Under the pieces are notes generated by a model. That model saw only the letters and a list, made by a program, of their open reading frames with translations, did no database searches and was not told where the DNA came from. The translations under genes and the position numbers were made by a program. From contig OX597825.1 of assembly GCA_951406725.2 (NCBI GenBank), forward strand, positions 55,862,001 to 55,926,000: 64,000 nucleotides of DNA, given 5' to 3'. Shown in pieces: positions 26,521 to 41,251 of this stretch (its first letter is position 1; each line of letters starts with the position of its first letter). Source of the DNA: Octopus vulgaris. Its lineage: Eukaryota.

Positions 26521-27012
26521 TAGGGTCTACTCTTACATAGATGTTGGTGGTAACGTCGATGTGCCGGGTATATATATAAAGTTATTATAAAATGTAATGA
26601 TATAGTAGACTGGATTTAGGGACATGATTATACTAAGGACATGTGAGGTAAAGTATATTGGTGTATGCTGGGCAGGGGTGTAGGGGACATATAATAACAC
26701 ATACACACACACATATAAATACTCATCTATATACGTATATGTATTTGTTGACGTGCACATGTGTGTGTACATATATATATATACACACACTTATATACGT
26801 ACATATTACAATTCTTATAACATGTATGCTAACAACAATTGTAACCTGTCATCATAAGTCATCCGTTTATGTTAATGAATATTTCGATATAAATAGTTTC
26901 AATGTTATCTGGAATTTCTTATATTTTTTCAAATCCTATATATATATATATACACACACACACATGTATATGTGTATACATATGTATGTACGTATCTATG
27001 TATGTGTGATTA

Positions 27013-27054
<42 letters not shown>

Positions 27055-27374
27055 TATGTACATATATGTGTACATGTAAATGAATACACACATACATACA
27101 CACACAGAGGTACAGAGAGAGAGACAGAGAGACAGAGAGAGGGAGGCCTAGAGGGAGAGAGAGTGACAAAGAGCAAGAGAAAAAGTTAGAGAGAAAGAAG
27201 AAATGACGGAAGAGAGTGAAGTAGTTCTCTGGATGTCTACATAGAGTAAAGTGGATAGATTTATGTATGTATTTAAGAATATACATGCGTGTTGCATATG
27301 TGTGCGCATATGTGCATGTGTGTGTGTGTGTGTATTTGTGTGTGTGTGAATGTGTGTGCACGTCTTGCCGGGAT

Positions 27375-27690
27375 GCAGGCGTGGACGAGTGGTTGAAAAT
27401 TTCTCATCGAGATTCTGAAGTTCTGCGTTCGATCCCACAGCGTGGTGTGTTGGTGAGTGTGTTTTAGAATTACGACGGGTCCACCCCGCGGCTCGCGAAC
27501 GGAAGTGAGTAGACGAAACCATGTGTGAAAGCACGTCGGGTGGATGTACTTATAATTCAAAAACCAGCCTTGTCATGCAGTCTTTGTGATTCTGCTCCAG
27601 GATTACATTAAGGCTATACATGTTTTCGGAATACTCAGCCACTTGCAAAGGGATTCAATTCAAGAGGTAGTTGAGTCGAGCTGGAATAGT
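27375..27690 (+). mobile_element. Degenerate tRNA-derived SINE related to family C
   Basis: TGGACGAGTGG and GTTCGATCCC boxes; TACATTAAGG...ATACTCAGCCACTTGCA matches the 3' part of 7926-8314. Confidence 0.55.
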
Positions 27691-27778
27691 TATGGTCGAA
27701 ACTGGTGGAGGAAAATCTGTGTCTGTTCACGTCTGTTTGTGTCTATGAGCATAGCTAGATCGATACATATACATACAT

Positions 27779-27812
<34 letters not shown>

Positions 27813-27940
27813 CTACATATAGAAATGTATATGTATATATATTTCTGTATGTATACACATATTTATATATACTTACACGTTAGTATATAAGTATGTGTGT
27901 GTGCATGAGTGTATCCCTGTGTGAATAGAGACAGATAGAC

Positions 27941-27995
<55 letters not shown>

Positions 27996-28093
27996 AATGA
28001 AGAGAAGAAAGCGAAAGTAGGGATTCTAAGCCGACGAAAGAAAAAACTGAGGGTAGACACATATCTATGCACATGGATATAAACCGTAGATAA

Positions 28094-28143
<50 letters not shown>

Positions 28144-28225
28144 AGACCATACATACATGCATACATACATACATACATACATACATACATACATACATAC
28201 ATACATACGTTCATACATACATACA

Positions 28226-28259
<34 letters not shown>

Positions 28260-28424
28260 CATGTTAGATCGATCCTTTCCTATTGAAACAGACGACAGTG
28301 TTAAATTGGATATTCCTCTCGCTATAGTTAGCTATATTGGTAAACTGCTGACCTCAGTCTCTTGTAATGATGTTAGCTTCCTGTACTTCCGTACTTCTAT
28401 GTACACACACACACTCATATATAC

Positions 28425-28461
<37 letters not shown>

Positions 28462-28480
28462 CACGCACACACACACACAG

Positions 28481-28520
<40 letters not shown>

Positions 28521-28857
28521 AGACACATATACTATTACACCTACGGCGCTTTTGTATAATCCTGCTGTGTCGTATATTATATAACAGTGTTCTGGGGTGA
28601 TCAGCGTGTAGTGGTGTGTACCGTTTTGCACCCTGCTGTTCGCACACCTACTACACTACTGTGTATTATTGTGTTACTGTTCTGTACTACTGAGGTACCG
28701 GTCTGTGGCTGCTGTGTTCGGCGATGCTCCGAGGTATTCTAATAAGTAACGGTGTTGTTCTATATCAGAGTTTATAGTGTGAATTAGCATGTGGTCATAT
28801 ATATATATATCAACATGTATATATGCTGCATATACCTGTGCATATATGTATGCATGC

Positions 28858-28911
<54 letters not shown>

Positions 28912-29104
28912 GTATACATATGCATATATACATATATGCACGCACACACATATGTCTGTATATATACTGACTCTGGTTATTCTTGCCTGAAGATTGCGGT
29001 GGCGTGAGTCGAGACTTGGGGTAAATGTTTAGTTTCAAAATCGCATATGCTCTCCATCATATATTGAGTTATACTCTCCCATTTATCCAGCATAATTCAT
29101 CGCA

Positions 29105-29184
<80 letters not shown>

Positions 29185-29551
29185 CATCTATCTACACACA
29201 CACACACACACGCACACATGCACACACACGTACATAGATGTAAACCAAGTCTACGTTGATGTAACGAAGCTATAACCATAGGCATTCTCTCTGTGATCTG
29301 GTCTTCTTATTCCCCACCACTCAGTCAATACTTCCTTATAAATGAAAGCGTAACTGAAGGAGATTTTGCTGCTACTTTGCAACGTTAAGCGACGACGGGG
29401 AAGCATCCTTCTACACACTAAACATAGTCTGTCGTGTTTGTTGAGTTAGTATCTTATGAATACAGTTTTATGAATGGATAGTTATGGCATATACTATAGT
29501 TACATGTCGTATAGCACTCACTATTCTATTAATCCTCGTTATAGTCTATAT

Positions 29552-30086
29552 CAGGTATGGGAAAACCCCAACCGCCCATGTTACTGCGCCTACGAGCATA
29601 TTTTATTGCGCCTGCAGGCTTGTATACTTGTATGTACAAAATTTGCGACATAGGTCGCGTTTCCACTAAGACTTAAAACGGTTAGACTCGAACGGAAAAT
29701 CGGCCGGTAATTACCATTTGAATGGAAATTTTGTTTTCACTATAAAACACATATTGTTAAGTTTGTATCACTCCTTTTAGACCCAACTACACTCTAGCTG
29801 GAAAATATGGAATACCTCATAAATGATTTAAACACTCTGCGGAAGTTGGAGGCTTTGAGGAGTGCCCTGCGTGATCTAAGATGTGGAAAAAGTGTGTCTG
29901 CTAACGCCGATGATGTCACCGTCTTAGTGTCGATCCACAGGCATATAGATGTGTTAAACTTATCTTTATTAATGAATACCGAATTATACATAGATATATA
30001 GAAAAGAGTTAAAATTTGTGATTCGCCCACGGACCATTTGCTATGAAAATTTTTGCCTGCCGTACTGAAAAGTTTCCGCACCCCTG
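29552..30086. mobile_element. Non-autonomous hAT (Charlie-like) element
   Basis: Ends CAGGTATGGGAAAAC and GTTTCCGCACCCCTG; perfect 8-bp TSD GTCTATAT at 29544-29551 and 30087-30094. Confidence 0.8.
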
Positions 30087-30444
30087 GTCTATATAAATAT
30101 AACGCAGCATACTGTTAACGGAGTTCAGCTTATGATCAAAAGATCGTTGCTTCGATTCCTGGACAGATTAATGCTTTATGTCTTTTCAGCAGGGCTCTGC
30201 ATTCTGCATTGCTCAAATTTAATATGATGGAAATATATACCAGACATTTGTGGTGCAGCTGTCTTGTCCATCTACTACCAAAAATGGTGAATAATGGAAG
30301 GAGTGAAAGAGAAAGATGTTTAGTAGTGTAGGGTGTAGGAAAGATTGAGATAATGTATAGACTCGTTCAGAGTTTTGTATATAGAACCTGAATGCTTTAC
30401 ACACGCGCACGCTCACACGTGTGCACAGATACACTCACTCAACC

Positions 30445-30485
<41 letters not shown>

Positions 30486-30644
30486 GGTATGGTGATGCAA
30501 ACAGGAAAAATAGATTTATATTTTTATTAATATTTAGCTGAAGTAGCAAAGTGACTCAAGGTCTGAGAGTTTCATGTGTTGGAACTTAATAAGTATCAAC
30601 TCACGAAACTCTTGGACCTTGAGTGACTCTGTTACTTATGCTAA

Positions 30645-30685
<41 letters not shown>

Positions 30686-30693
30686 CGTGCGTG

Positions 30694-30749
<56 letters not shown>

Positions 30750-31001
30750 GCACGTGTGTGTGTATGTAAGTATGTGTAATTTCGTCTTTGCAAGGAGAGG
30801 ATATTGAGTGCTTACCTACGTCACCCTTCAGAACAAAAGCTGGCAAGAGAATACCCAAACAAAATTTACCTGCATACGGGTGCCATCTGTTTCTCATCTC
30901 GCAGATCGGAAGTCTTCCGTTCTCTAAAACATTGTTGTGTCTCAGAATTCCTACCTCTTCCTCTTACATATCAATGACCTTCTCTGTGTTATTACTAATC
31001 A

Positions 31002-31034
<33 letters not shown>

Positions 31035-31098
31035 GGAGGCCCGCATGCGCGCACACTCCCACTGATGTTACTATTCTTCACTCTTTTTTAATGTTTTA

Positions 31099-31664
31099 TT
31101 GGGTAGTCCGGAAAGTTCGTGCCGATTTATAGTAGCTTACCTTACGACTTATTTTAGAACATGGTTGAGTCCATAAAATAGGATTTGACTACACCTCCAT
31201 CTAGAGCACAGTTTAACCTCTCTTTTCGTGGAAAAAGGTTTATGTTCCTATAACCTTTGTTAATTCTGTAACCCTTTATAGTGGAAGATAAGAAAGTTCA
31301 TTTTCGGCACTTGATGCTTTGGGAACCAGAGAAAAATTTCTGAAGCTCGGCTGGGATGTGTTACCCCATCCTCCATATTCACCAGATATTGCTCCTTCGG
31401 ATTTCCACTTATTCAGGTCTCTGCAGAATAGTCTTAATGGTAAAAATTTCAATTCCTTGGATGACGTAAAAAGATACCTTGATGAATTCTTTGCAATGAA
31501 ACCACCTCAATTCTGGGAAGAGGGTATTTTCAAGTTAAAGGAAAGATGGAGATACATAGCGCAACAACATGGTTCATATTTGGTTGATTAAAAATGTAAT
31601 GGCAAGTATTTATTGACCTTATTCTTTCCTTTCAAAATCGGCACGAACTTTCCGGACAACCCAA
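31099..31664 (+). mobile_element. Internally deleted mariner (mellifera-like N-terminus)
   Basis: 30-bp TIRs TTGGGT(A/T)GTCCGGAAAGTTCGTGCCGATTT, TA flanks. (V)EDKKVHFRHLML is joined near 31320 to TREKFLKLGWDVLPHPPYSPDIAPSDFHLFRSLQN. Confidence 0.95.
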
Positions 31665-32331
31665 TACATGCAGGTATCGCCTACATGTAATCAGAACAAT
31701 TCATCACATAATTGCACTTATTCCGCGAGTAAAGGTCTCTTACAGAAACTCTTTAATTTAGTTCCTATCAAAACGAACATGACACACTTAGAAGACATAT
31801 GAAGTAAATAATCTTATGGTACTATACCGTTACCTGCCTCTACCATTAGGAACCATCTGGGCTGGTTTTAAGCTAATTAGACGGGTTTGGGCCCCACGCC
31901 AAGAGAAGGACCCGCGCACACGTTCGAGCAGAGGACGCTATGATGAATTCTTAGTATATCATTGTGGATAATGATGGAGCCTCAAGCTCTCAACGCTTTT
32001 TGGCTGGGACTGGCATACAACACGAAACATAAAACATCAATTTTCAGCTTTTGTAGAGTACAGGGCTCGACTGACAATTCTCTAATTGGGCTAAGCACTT
32101 CCTAACACCAGTTATGCTAACCATAATAAGCATACACAAATGCAAGGTACCATAATTTACAGGGTACGGTACGGCAAAAATACTCCATTTACAATTCTTG
32201 ATATATACTCCAGCAGCAAACCATGGTACGTACTGGTCCAAAGCATGATGGGAACTGAAGAAAAGAAGAGAATGGTAAACATTAGCCACATAAATACATT
32301 GTTACCAATTTCCGAACTTCACAAACAAGAG

Positions 32332-32444
<113 letters not shown>

Positions 32445-33199
32445 TGATAGATAGATAGATATAGATGTATACATATATATACACACATACAAACATACAT
32501 ATGTTTTATACACAAACACGCACACACACACATATTAATCGAAGTGAACAGTTTTATTATCCATTGCAGCCGATCTTATCAATCGTTTTCGTACTAGGGG
32601 TTCAACAGTTAGCTTGATAATAACCCGATTATTTAGCAATGCGCTTTTCAGAGATGGCAAGGGTATATATACAGGTATGATTTTTCTTTAAATTTTCTTT
32701 AAATTCTTAAGTGAGTCCAAAGCGGTTGCTAACAAAGCGGCAAGACTTTTTGATTTAACAGACTTCTCAGTGTTTGTAAATGCGTTGTTGAATTGGTGTG
32801 TTTAGTGAACTGTCGAAACACATGCCCAAGTGTGTGCATCTGTTCTTCTAATGAATTTCAAATGGAAAATTTCTGGTATGCATTAAAGATTGGATTTGGA
32901 GACTCTGTGTCAGCTTTGTTTGGCTTCGCTAGCGAAAATTTATGGAGTGGATGTGTCAGCGTTTGTTGCAAGTTTGATTATTACCTGATGAATTCGCTTC
33001 AGGACAAATAGGCACGACCGTGGGAATGGCAGGGAAAGAAGACTGATCAGAGCTGATTAAAGTAATCTTACTTTTCCTCCTTTTTTTCTCCCATCTGCAA
33101 GGATGTTTCTGCATTGCGTTCAAAGGAGGCTGGTGTCTGAAGGATAGTGAGACGCAAAAACAGACAATATATATATATAGAAAAGATAGATAGACAGAC

Positions 33200-33296
<97 letters not shown>

Positions 33297-33355
33297 CATT
33301 TATGTTTACGGGACGTGCAAAATGCTTCTCTCTAGCGGATTCCCAGACGCACGTT

Positions 33356-33501
33356 TCTTATTTCTTTATTGCCCACAAGGGGCTAAACATAGAGGGGGAC
33401 AAACAAGGACAGACAAGGGGATTAAGTCGATTACTCGACCCAGTGTATAACTGGTACTTAATTTATTGACCCCGAAAGAATGAAAGGCAAAGTTGACCTC
33501 G
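33356..33501 (-). mobile_element. SINE family B, 5'-truncated
   Basis: CTTATTTCTTTATTGCCCACAAGGGGCTAAAC...GAAAGGCAAAGTTGACCTCG. Confidence 0.85.
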
Positions 33502-33718
33502 TCTCTTTAAACTTCTTCAATGAGAAATACAGATTCAAAGCCATAGCTTTATTTAAAAAGCAGTCAATATCTTTGACTGAGTTGCGCTAATGGACTGCCT
33601 GTGCAGCTATGGTGTTTTCACATCTTTTTACCTTACGCAATATTTTTTTTTCTCGACGGTAACTGCAGCGAATTTGCCTTTAAAAGTTAAACATCATATT
33701 TAAGCTAACTTAAAATTC

Positions 33719-33922
33719 TCTTCTTCTTCTTCTTCTTCTTCTTCTTCTTCTTCTTCTTCTTCTTCTTCTTCTTCTTCTTCTTCTTCTTCTTCTTCTTCTT
33801 CTTCTTCTTCTTCTTCTTCTTCTTCTTCTTCTTCTTCTTCTTCTTCCTCCTCCTTCTTCTTCTCCTCCTCCTCCTTCTCCTTCTTCTTCTTCTTCTTCTT
33901 CTTCTTCTTCTTCTTCTTCTTC
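33719..33922. repeat. (TTC)n microsatellite
   Basis: ~200-bp run with a few TCC interruptions. Confidence 0.97.
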
Positions 33923-34149
33923 ATTGGTGCTCGGCACTGATGCTGCTCTTTCTATTCAACCAGGTGGTCAACTGGCATCACCCAGTCACCAAAGAGCCAG
34001 AAACACGCGTCTGGGCTTCTGCCAGATAGACCCCCACTGGACAGATCGGGTGTTTTTAAACCTTTTAACACAAGAGGGAATATTTTCTCAACGGTATCCG
34101 GAGTAAATTTGCCTGTAATTCCGAAACATATTTCAAGTAACCTAAAATT

Positions 34150-34176
34150 CGCGTGTGTGTATGTGTGTGTATGTGT

Positions 34177-34236
<60 letters not shown>

Positions 34237-34363
34237 GTGTTTATTCTTGATGTACACTAGTTTGTTAATAATATTGTTTCTTAGACCAAACACACCGTAA
34301 AAAAATATATATGCATGTGTGTATGTACGTGAGTACACACAACTGCACACAGTCAAACACGGC

Positions 34364-34432
<69 letters not shown>

Positions 34433-34557
34433 GCGTTTATTCTTGATGTACACTAGTTTGTTAATAATATTGTTTCTTAGACCAAACACACCGTAAAAAA
34501 TATACATGCATGTGTGTATGTACGTGAGTACACACAACTGCACACAGTCAAACACGG

Positions 34558-34638
<81 letters not shown>

Positions 34639-34772
34639 TGCGTGTGCGTTTATTCTTGATGTACACTAGTTTGTTAATAATATTGTTTCTTAGACCAAAC
34701 ACACCGTAAAAAAATATATATGCATGTGCGTATGTACGTGAGTACACACAACTGCACATAGTCAAACACGGC

Positions 34773-34857
<85 letters not shown>

Positions 34858-34984
34858 GTGCTTATTCTTGATGTACACTAGTTTGTAAATAATATTGTTT
34901 CTTAGACCAAACACACCATAAAAAAATATATATGCATGTGCGTATGTACGTGAGTACACACAACTGCACACAGTCAAACACGGC

Positions 34985-35075
<91 letters not shown>
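34150..35075. repeat. Tandem array of four ~200-220-bp units, each with a variable (GT)n block
   Basis: TTATTCTTGATGTACACTAGTTTG...CACGGCTATATA starts at ~34241, 34437, 34650 and 34862. Confidence 0.95.
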
Positions 35076-35076
<1 letters not shown>

Positions 35077-35416
35077 TATGTATATGTATATACACACACG
35101 TACGCAAATGAAATTGCATGTGCGTGCATGTGACTGCATGAGGGCATAGACAAAACTAATCGATGCTAGGCTGACGACGACGCTGCTAACAATACTGCTT
35201 CAAGTAGTCGCTAGTTTTCGGCTTTATTAGTTTCGCTGCTCCTGTTTGGCCTTCATCGGTTAAATAACAGGTTTCGCTCATCTCCGTTGAAATACAGCCT
35301 GCAGATTAAGTGATTAACTAAGATGAAATGCACATCGACGGACACGTATCGTTACATGTATGTATACAGAAGTGTATGTATATAGAAGTGTATGTATTTA
35401 GACGTGTGTGCGTATA

Positions 35417-35481
<65 letters not shown>

Positions 35482-35582
35482 AGATAGATAGATAGAGATA
35501 CAGAAAGATAGATAGATATGTATGTATGTATATATATATATATATATATATATACATACATACATGTAGATAGATATATATC

Positions 35583-35614
<32 letters not shown>

Positions 35615-35646
35615 CATACATACATACATGTAGATAGATATATATC

Positions 35647-35695
<49 letters not shown>

Positions 35696-35700
<5 letters not shown>

Positions 35701-38350
35701 TAGATAAACTTAGATGTGTTTCGACCAATGATTGGTACAGGCCATGTCTAACTTAATAGCACCACCTGATAGGATTATTTGAATCCTGTTTAAGTCAAGT
35801 TTTGCTTATGGTCCATTCAAGTAGTGAGTTTTTGTTGGGTGAGTTGTATCCAATTATGGGTGGCTTATCTGGTATTCCTTGAAGGAATCTATCCAGACTC
35901 CGTTTAAAGTTGATGGGATCCTGTTCCTCTTTGATCTCTTTCGGGACAATGTTTAATAGGGCAGGGCCTGTTGAGGAAAATAAATTATGTTGTAGTGTAT
36001 ATGTATGCTGTGATCTTGAATTGGGCAGGGAACGTATGGCCCGTGGTCCCAGTCTTGGATGAACCTTGAAGCTAATGTTCAGGTCATTTGGGCAAATTTG
36101 GCGGTATATTCTCCACATCGTACAAATGATGTACCGCTCACGGCGACGCTGGAGAGAGTAGAGTTTCAAGGCTTTAAGGCGATCCCAATAATCGAGAGCA
36201 GTCATGCCTTCAATTCGTTTAGTGAGTGCTCTCTGGGGTGATTCAATCCTCGAGATGTTTTGTCTTGTATGGGGAGACCACAGTGGACAGCAGTATTCGA
36301 GGTGTGGCCGTACAAAGGAGGAGAAAAGTGGTATGATGACACCTTGTTCTCTGGACCGGAAAGTTCTTAAGATCCAGGAACTCATCCTACGAGCTATATC
36401 GACCTTCTTGTTGATGTGTGTACTCCAACTGAGATCGTCATCAACAATTACACCTAGGCCTCTGATGTTGTTAGAGGCTGTGAGCGGTTCCCCTGAAGGA
36501 AGAGAGTATGGCTGTTTTAGTGAGGAATTTCTTCCAAAATGCATCAGCTCAAATTTTCCCTCGTTCAGTTGCATTTTGTTTCTGTCTGCCCATTGACTCA
36601 CAGCATATAGATCAGACTGGAGTTGAGTTCGGTCTGCTTCTTCATTGACGATTTGCTGGAGCTTGGTGTCATCAGCAAATATTTTCACTTTGCAGTAATG
36701 TACGACACTGGAAAGGTCGTTTATGTAGATTATGAAGAGTAGCGGACCCAAGACAGTCCCCTGGGGGACACCGCTGGTGACTTTTGCTGGGCTTGAGTGG
36801 ACTCCATCAACTACAACATGTTGTGTTCTATTCGCCAGGAAATACTTGATCCAGTGTAGAACTTTTCCACGGATTCCAACATTTGCCAATTTTGAGAGTA
36901 GGATATTATGGTCTACCCTGTTGAACGCTTTACTGAAGTCAAGATATATGACATCAGAGTTCGAACCTGTTCCCAAGGCTTTGAGTACATCTTCAATGTG
37001 GTGAAAGAGCTGTGTTAGACAGTCCCTGCCACAGCGAAAGCCATGCTGATTTGCATTTAGGAGTTTCTGGGTCTCCAGGAAGTCAGCCATCCTTGATCTA
37101 AACACTCTTTCAAACATTTTGATGATGTGGGAGGTGAGTGAGATTGGGCGATAGTTGAGTGCGAGGGATCTGTTTCCCTGTTTGAAAACCGGGATGACTG
37201 ACTGGGATAGAAAGTGTTTCGGTATATAACCTGCATCTAACGAATTTCTCCAGAGGTTGGTCAGAGGGACTGCAAGTTGGTGTCTACATTCCTTCAGGAC
37301 ACTAGCGGGGAATCTATCAGGGCCTACAGCAGAGTAGTATTTGACCTCATTTATTGCTGCTATGATGTCAGCGGCAGTGAAGGTTATGTCCGAGATTTTA
37401 TGTTGAGAGTCAACTTCGTTCGCTTCTCTAACGTCAATATCAGTGGGAACACTAAAGACAGAGCAGTATTTCTGTCATTTCTTTAGCATCGTGTTGGGGA
37501 ATGCTGTTATCATCAATCAATGGCCCAATGGGTGAGACAGTGGTTCTATGCTTATTTGCATAGGAATAGAACACTTTTGGGTTCTGTTTGATGTTTTTGA
37601 TTACCCACTGTTCCTCCGCAGCTCTTTGATTTTCAATGGAGGTTTTCATGTCGTTCTGCAGATGAAGTTTTTCCAGCTCTAGCCTTTTCATTGTTGTTGA
37701 ATGTGGATGTTGTATGTGGGAATATTTTAATTGGTTAATTTTTTTGTTGAGTCTTTTGATGCGCCTGATTAGTGTTTTTTTTCTTTTTAGGGAGCCGATT
37801 TCTGTTTGTGTTAGTAGATTTCGTGGGAGCGTGTTTAAAGCATGTATATGTGACAATGTTTTCAAAGTGCTGCCATGCGGTCTCAATATGGGTGGAATTA
37901 AGAGTAAAAGACCAGTCGATGAAAGACAGATCTTTTCTGATTGCTCCCCAGTCCGCTTTGTGGAAGTTTATGTTATCAAATGAGTGCCATGGAGTGGGAT
38001 TGGCTGGTTTGGTTTTTATATGTCGGGAATTGAAATTGCAGAGTACCATGTCGTGGTCTGAGAGGAGAGTTTTTTTCAACTGAAATACTGTGAATGAAGC
38101 TAGAGTGATTGGTCAATACCAGATCCAAGATCGTTTTATTCTGTCTCGTTGGTTCGAGCACTAGCTGAGTCAGGAAGTATTCATCCATTAGATTAAAGAG
38201 CAGTTCTGCTGCTGCTCTATCTGATGTAGAGCACTTGCCTAACTTCAGAGTATTTGTGGGCCAGTTCACATGAGGGAGGTTAAAATCACCCATCACTAGT
38301 ATGTTTCCGGAGTGGTACTTCCGAAGGAAGGACTTGACTTTGCTAAGGCA
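35696..38350 (-). mobile_element. CR1/L2-group LINE, 5'-truncated, ORF2 frameshifted upstream of RT
   Basis: APE C-terminus (MGDFNLPHVNW, ILDLVLTN, LSDH), NYRPISLTS, RT domain, 3' UTR and (TCTAAGTTTA)n tail. Confidence 0.95.
35795..37117 (-). pseudogene. LINE ORF2 reverse transcriptase region (440-aa open segment)
   Basis: QHGFR, IYLDFSKAF, SGVPQGTVLGPLLFIIYINDL, FADDTK, VRPHLEYCCPLWSP, LYSLQRRRER. Confidence 0.93.
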
Positions 38351-38520
38351 CTCTTAGAGGTGCTTGGGGAGGCCTATAAATACCAACAATGATTATGTCC
38401 TTGGCCTTGCTGAATAGTGATACAGATTCACAATAGCCATTGGAAAATATGTCCTTGGCATCAAGTGAGACATACATACATGTAGATATATATATCTATC
38501 TATGTATATATATATAAATG

Positions 38521-38560
<40 letters not shown>

Positions 38561-38945
38561 AGGTGCAGGAGTGGCTGTGTGGTAAGTAGCTTCAGTCACA
38601 CTGCGTGGCACCTTGGGCGAGTGTCTTCTACTATAGTCTCAGCCCGACCAAAGCCTTGTGAGAGGATTTGGTAGAGGGAAACTGAAAAGAAGCCCGTTGT
38701 ATATGTATTTATATATTTATGTATGTGTGTGTATGGGTTTGTGTGTCTGTGTTTGTCTCACCAACATTGATTGACAACCGATGCTGGTGTGTTTATGTTC
38801 CGTAAATTAGTGGTTCGGCAAAAAGACCGATACAATAAGTACTAGGCTTACAAACAATAAGCGCTGGTCTAGATTTGCTCGACTAATGGCGGTGCTCTAG
38901 CATGGCCGCAGTCAAATGACTGAAACAAGTAAAAACATCAAAAAA
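38561..38945 (+). mobile_element. SINE family A (head partly deleted)
   Basis: GGTGCAGGAGTGGCTGTGTGGTAAGTAGC through GGCCGCAGTCAAATGACTGAAACAAG. Confidence 0.9.
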
Positions 38946-39314
38946 ATACACACACACACACACACACACAAATATATATGTATATATGTGTGCGTATTAG
39001 TAAGTAGATGTACGGAAAAATAGTTATATAGAAATATAAAGAGACAGACAGACAGACAGAGAGAAAGTGAAAGGAAGATATACACGATGTTGTGCTGAAA
39101 GGTTCCTAGCACCTCCCGCGCGCGCGCATTCTACGACAGGCTTCGACACAGTCCAATTTCACTCGCAATGCATCGATTGGCCGGGGACTATAGAAGATGG
39201 TTGCCCAAGTGTTGTGGTAACGAACCCGAAATCACGTGATTGCAAAGCGAGCTTTTAACCCGTCAGCCATGACACATATGTATATATATATGTATACATA
39301 TGCATACATGCATA

Positions 39315-39352
<38 letters not shown>

Positions 39353-39755
39353 GGTATGTGAAAAATACAACATATATATATATACAGACATCGAAACCTC
39401 ATCAGTCAAACCGGATCATCGTAGTAATTTCGGCTGATTAATCTTGAGATTACTAGATCATATCCAAGAAAAATAAGAACGAGCATTAGAAAAACTAAGC
39501 TGGAGCGTAGATTTCCTGGAAGAAGGATCGAATGCATACGGACACCAGGACAGCAAAAGGGACGAATATAAAAAAACAAAAAAATAATGGAATACAGAAA
39601 CATATATATATATATATATATGCATATATGTAATGCGTATATATATATATATATACATACATGTATACATATAATATATATATACATATAGATAGATATA
39701 TATATAGATAAATACACACACACATATATATAATTACATACATTCATATATAAAT

Positions 39756-39821
<66 letters not shown>

Positions 39822-40067
39822 ATTTATATATGTGTACATACATATGTATATGTATTTATATACTTCTCCATCAATCTTTTCTGCCGCTCATCTGGTTCCC
39901 TCCACTCCTCCCTCTCCCCCACATCTCTCTCCCTGCTTCTTTCTCTTTCTTCTTTTCTCTTCTCTATCTCTTATTATTATTATTTTTTTTTTGCCTGTTT
40001 ATCTAAATAATCGGATCAATTTGTCCATCCAAACGATAAATTCTTTTATCTTCGTCACTGATACAGA

Positions 40068-40129
40068 CATCATCGTCATCATCATCATCATTGCCATCAT
40101 CATCATCATCGTCATCATCATCGTCGTCG

Positions 40130-40194
<65 letters not shown>

Positions 40195-40207
40195 GTCATC
40201 ATCATTG

Positions 40208-40258
<51 letters not shown>

Positions 40259-40348
40259 CCATCATCACCAGCAATATTATCACCACCATCGTCGTCGTCG
40301 TCGTCGTTGTCGCAGCCTTCACCGTCGTCATTGTCGTCATCGCCGTCG

Positions 40349-40383
<35 letters not shown>
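40068..40383. repeat. (CAT)n/(CGT)n microsatellite
   Basis: Visible directly in the sequence. Confidence 0.95.
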
Positions 40384-40946
40384 TTTATACCATTATCACG
40401 AGATATGATTCGGTGATGTTCATGCGTTCCTACATGCTGCTATTGATGTGAAGTTTGAAATTAAAGAGCCGCAACGTAGAATGGAAACCGGATAAGCGTT
40501 AACTACCTGTCACGGATATACATCATGTTTCAATCACATTCTGGCACTCTCTGCCAGGCTCTGGCACGGCAGAAGTTTGAACATATAAAGAGTGGGGAGG
40601 AAGTGGTTTGGCGATTTAATGTAGGTGGTGGTGGTGGTGGTGGCGAGGGTGGATATAGTGTAGCATTTGTCACGTCTTTTATAAGAACATCACCGACCGA
40701 TTTCATTTGAATAATCGATAGACAATGTGTTAGTAGATGATTATTGTTTGTTTTCAGTAATATTGTTGTACTTTAAAGTACAGTTGTCTGGATTACTGAG
40801 TGGATACGGTAGAAAGTCCATAAATATGTGTATCTATCTGGTCTCTCAGCGTGCAAGAAAGAGCGGTGACCTCCTCCTCAATTCACATACGAAGTATAGC
40901 ACCCGTGCCGGTTAAATCTTATAGAAAATTAAATTTTATTATTTAT

Positions 40947-41088
40947 AGTAGGCCGGGCTTCTTCCAGTTTCCGTCAAACAGATGCCCCACCCCACCACCA
41001 CCACAAGGTGCCACGCAATGGGACTGAACCCAGGACCATTCCAGGTGACTGGGAAGCAAACTTTTACCACACAGCTAAGCCTGCAACT
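40947..41088 (-). mobile_element. SINE family A, 5' part
   Basis: CAAGGTGCCACGCAATGGGACTGAACCC...TTACCACACAGC. Confidence 0.75.
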
Positions 41089-41197
41089 ATATAAAATACA
41101 CACGCGCGCACACACACCAACACACATATGTATATACAAACGCATATAAACACACACACACATGTATATATATATATATGTGTACGCATTACATATA

Positions 41198-41251
<54 letters not shown>

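Noticed and set aside
34150-35075. CRISPR-like repeat/spacer appearance
   Set aside because: Repeats are ~135 bp, spacers are (GT)n, there are no cas genes and the DNA is eukaryotic.
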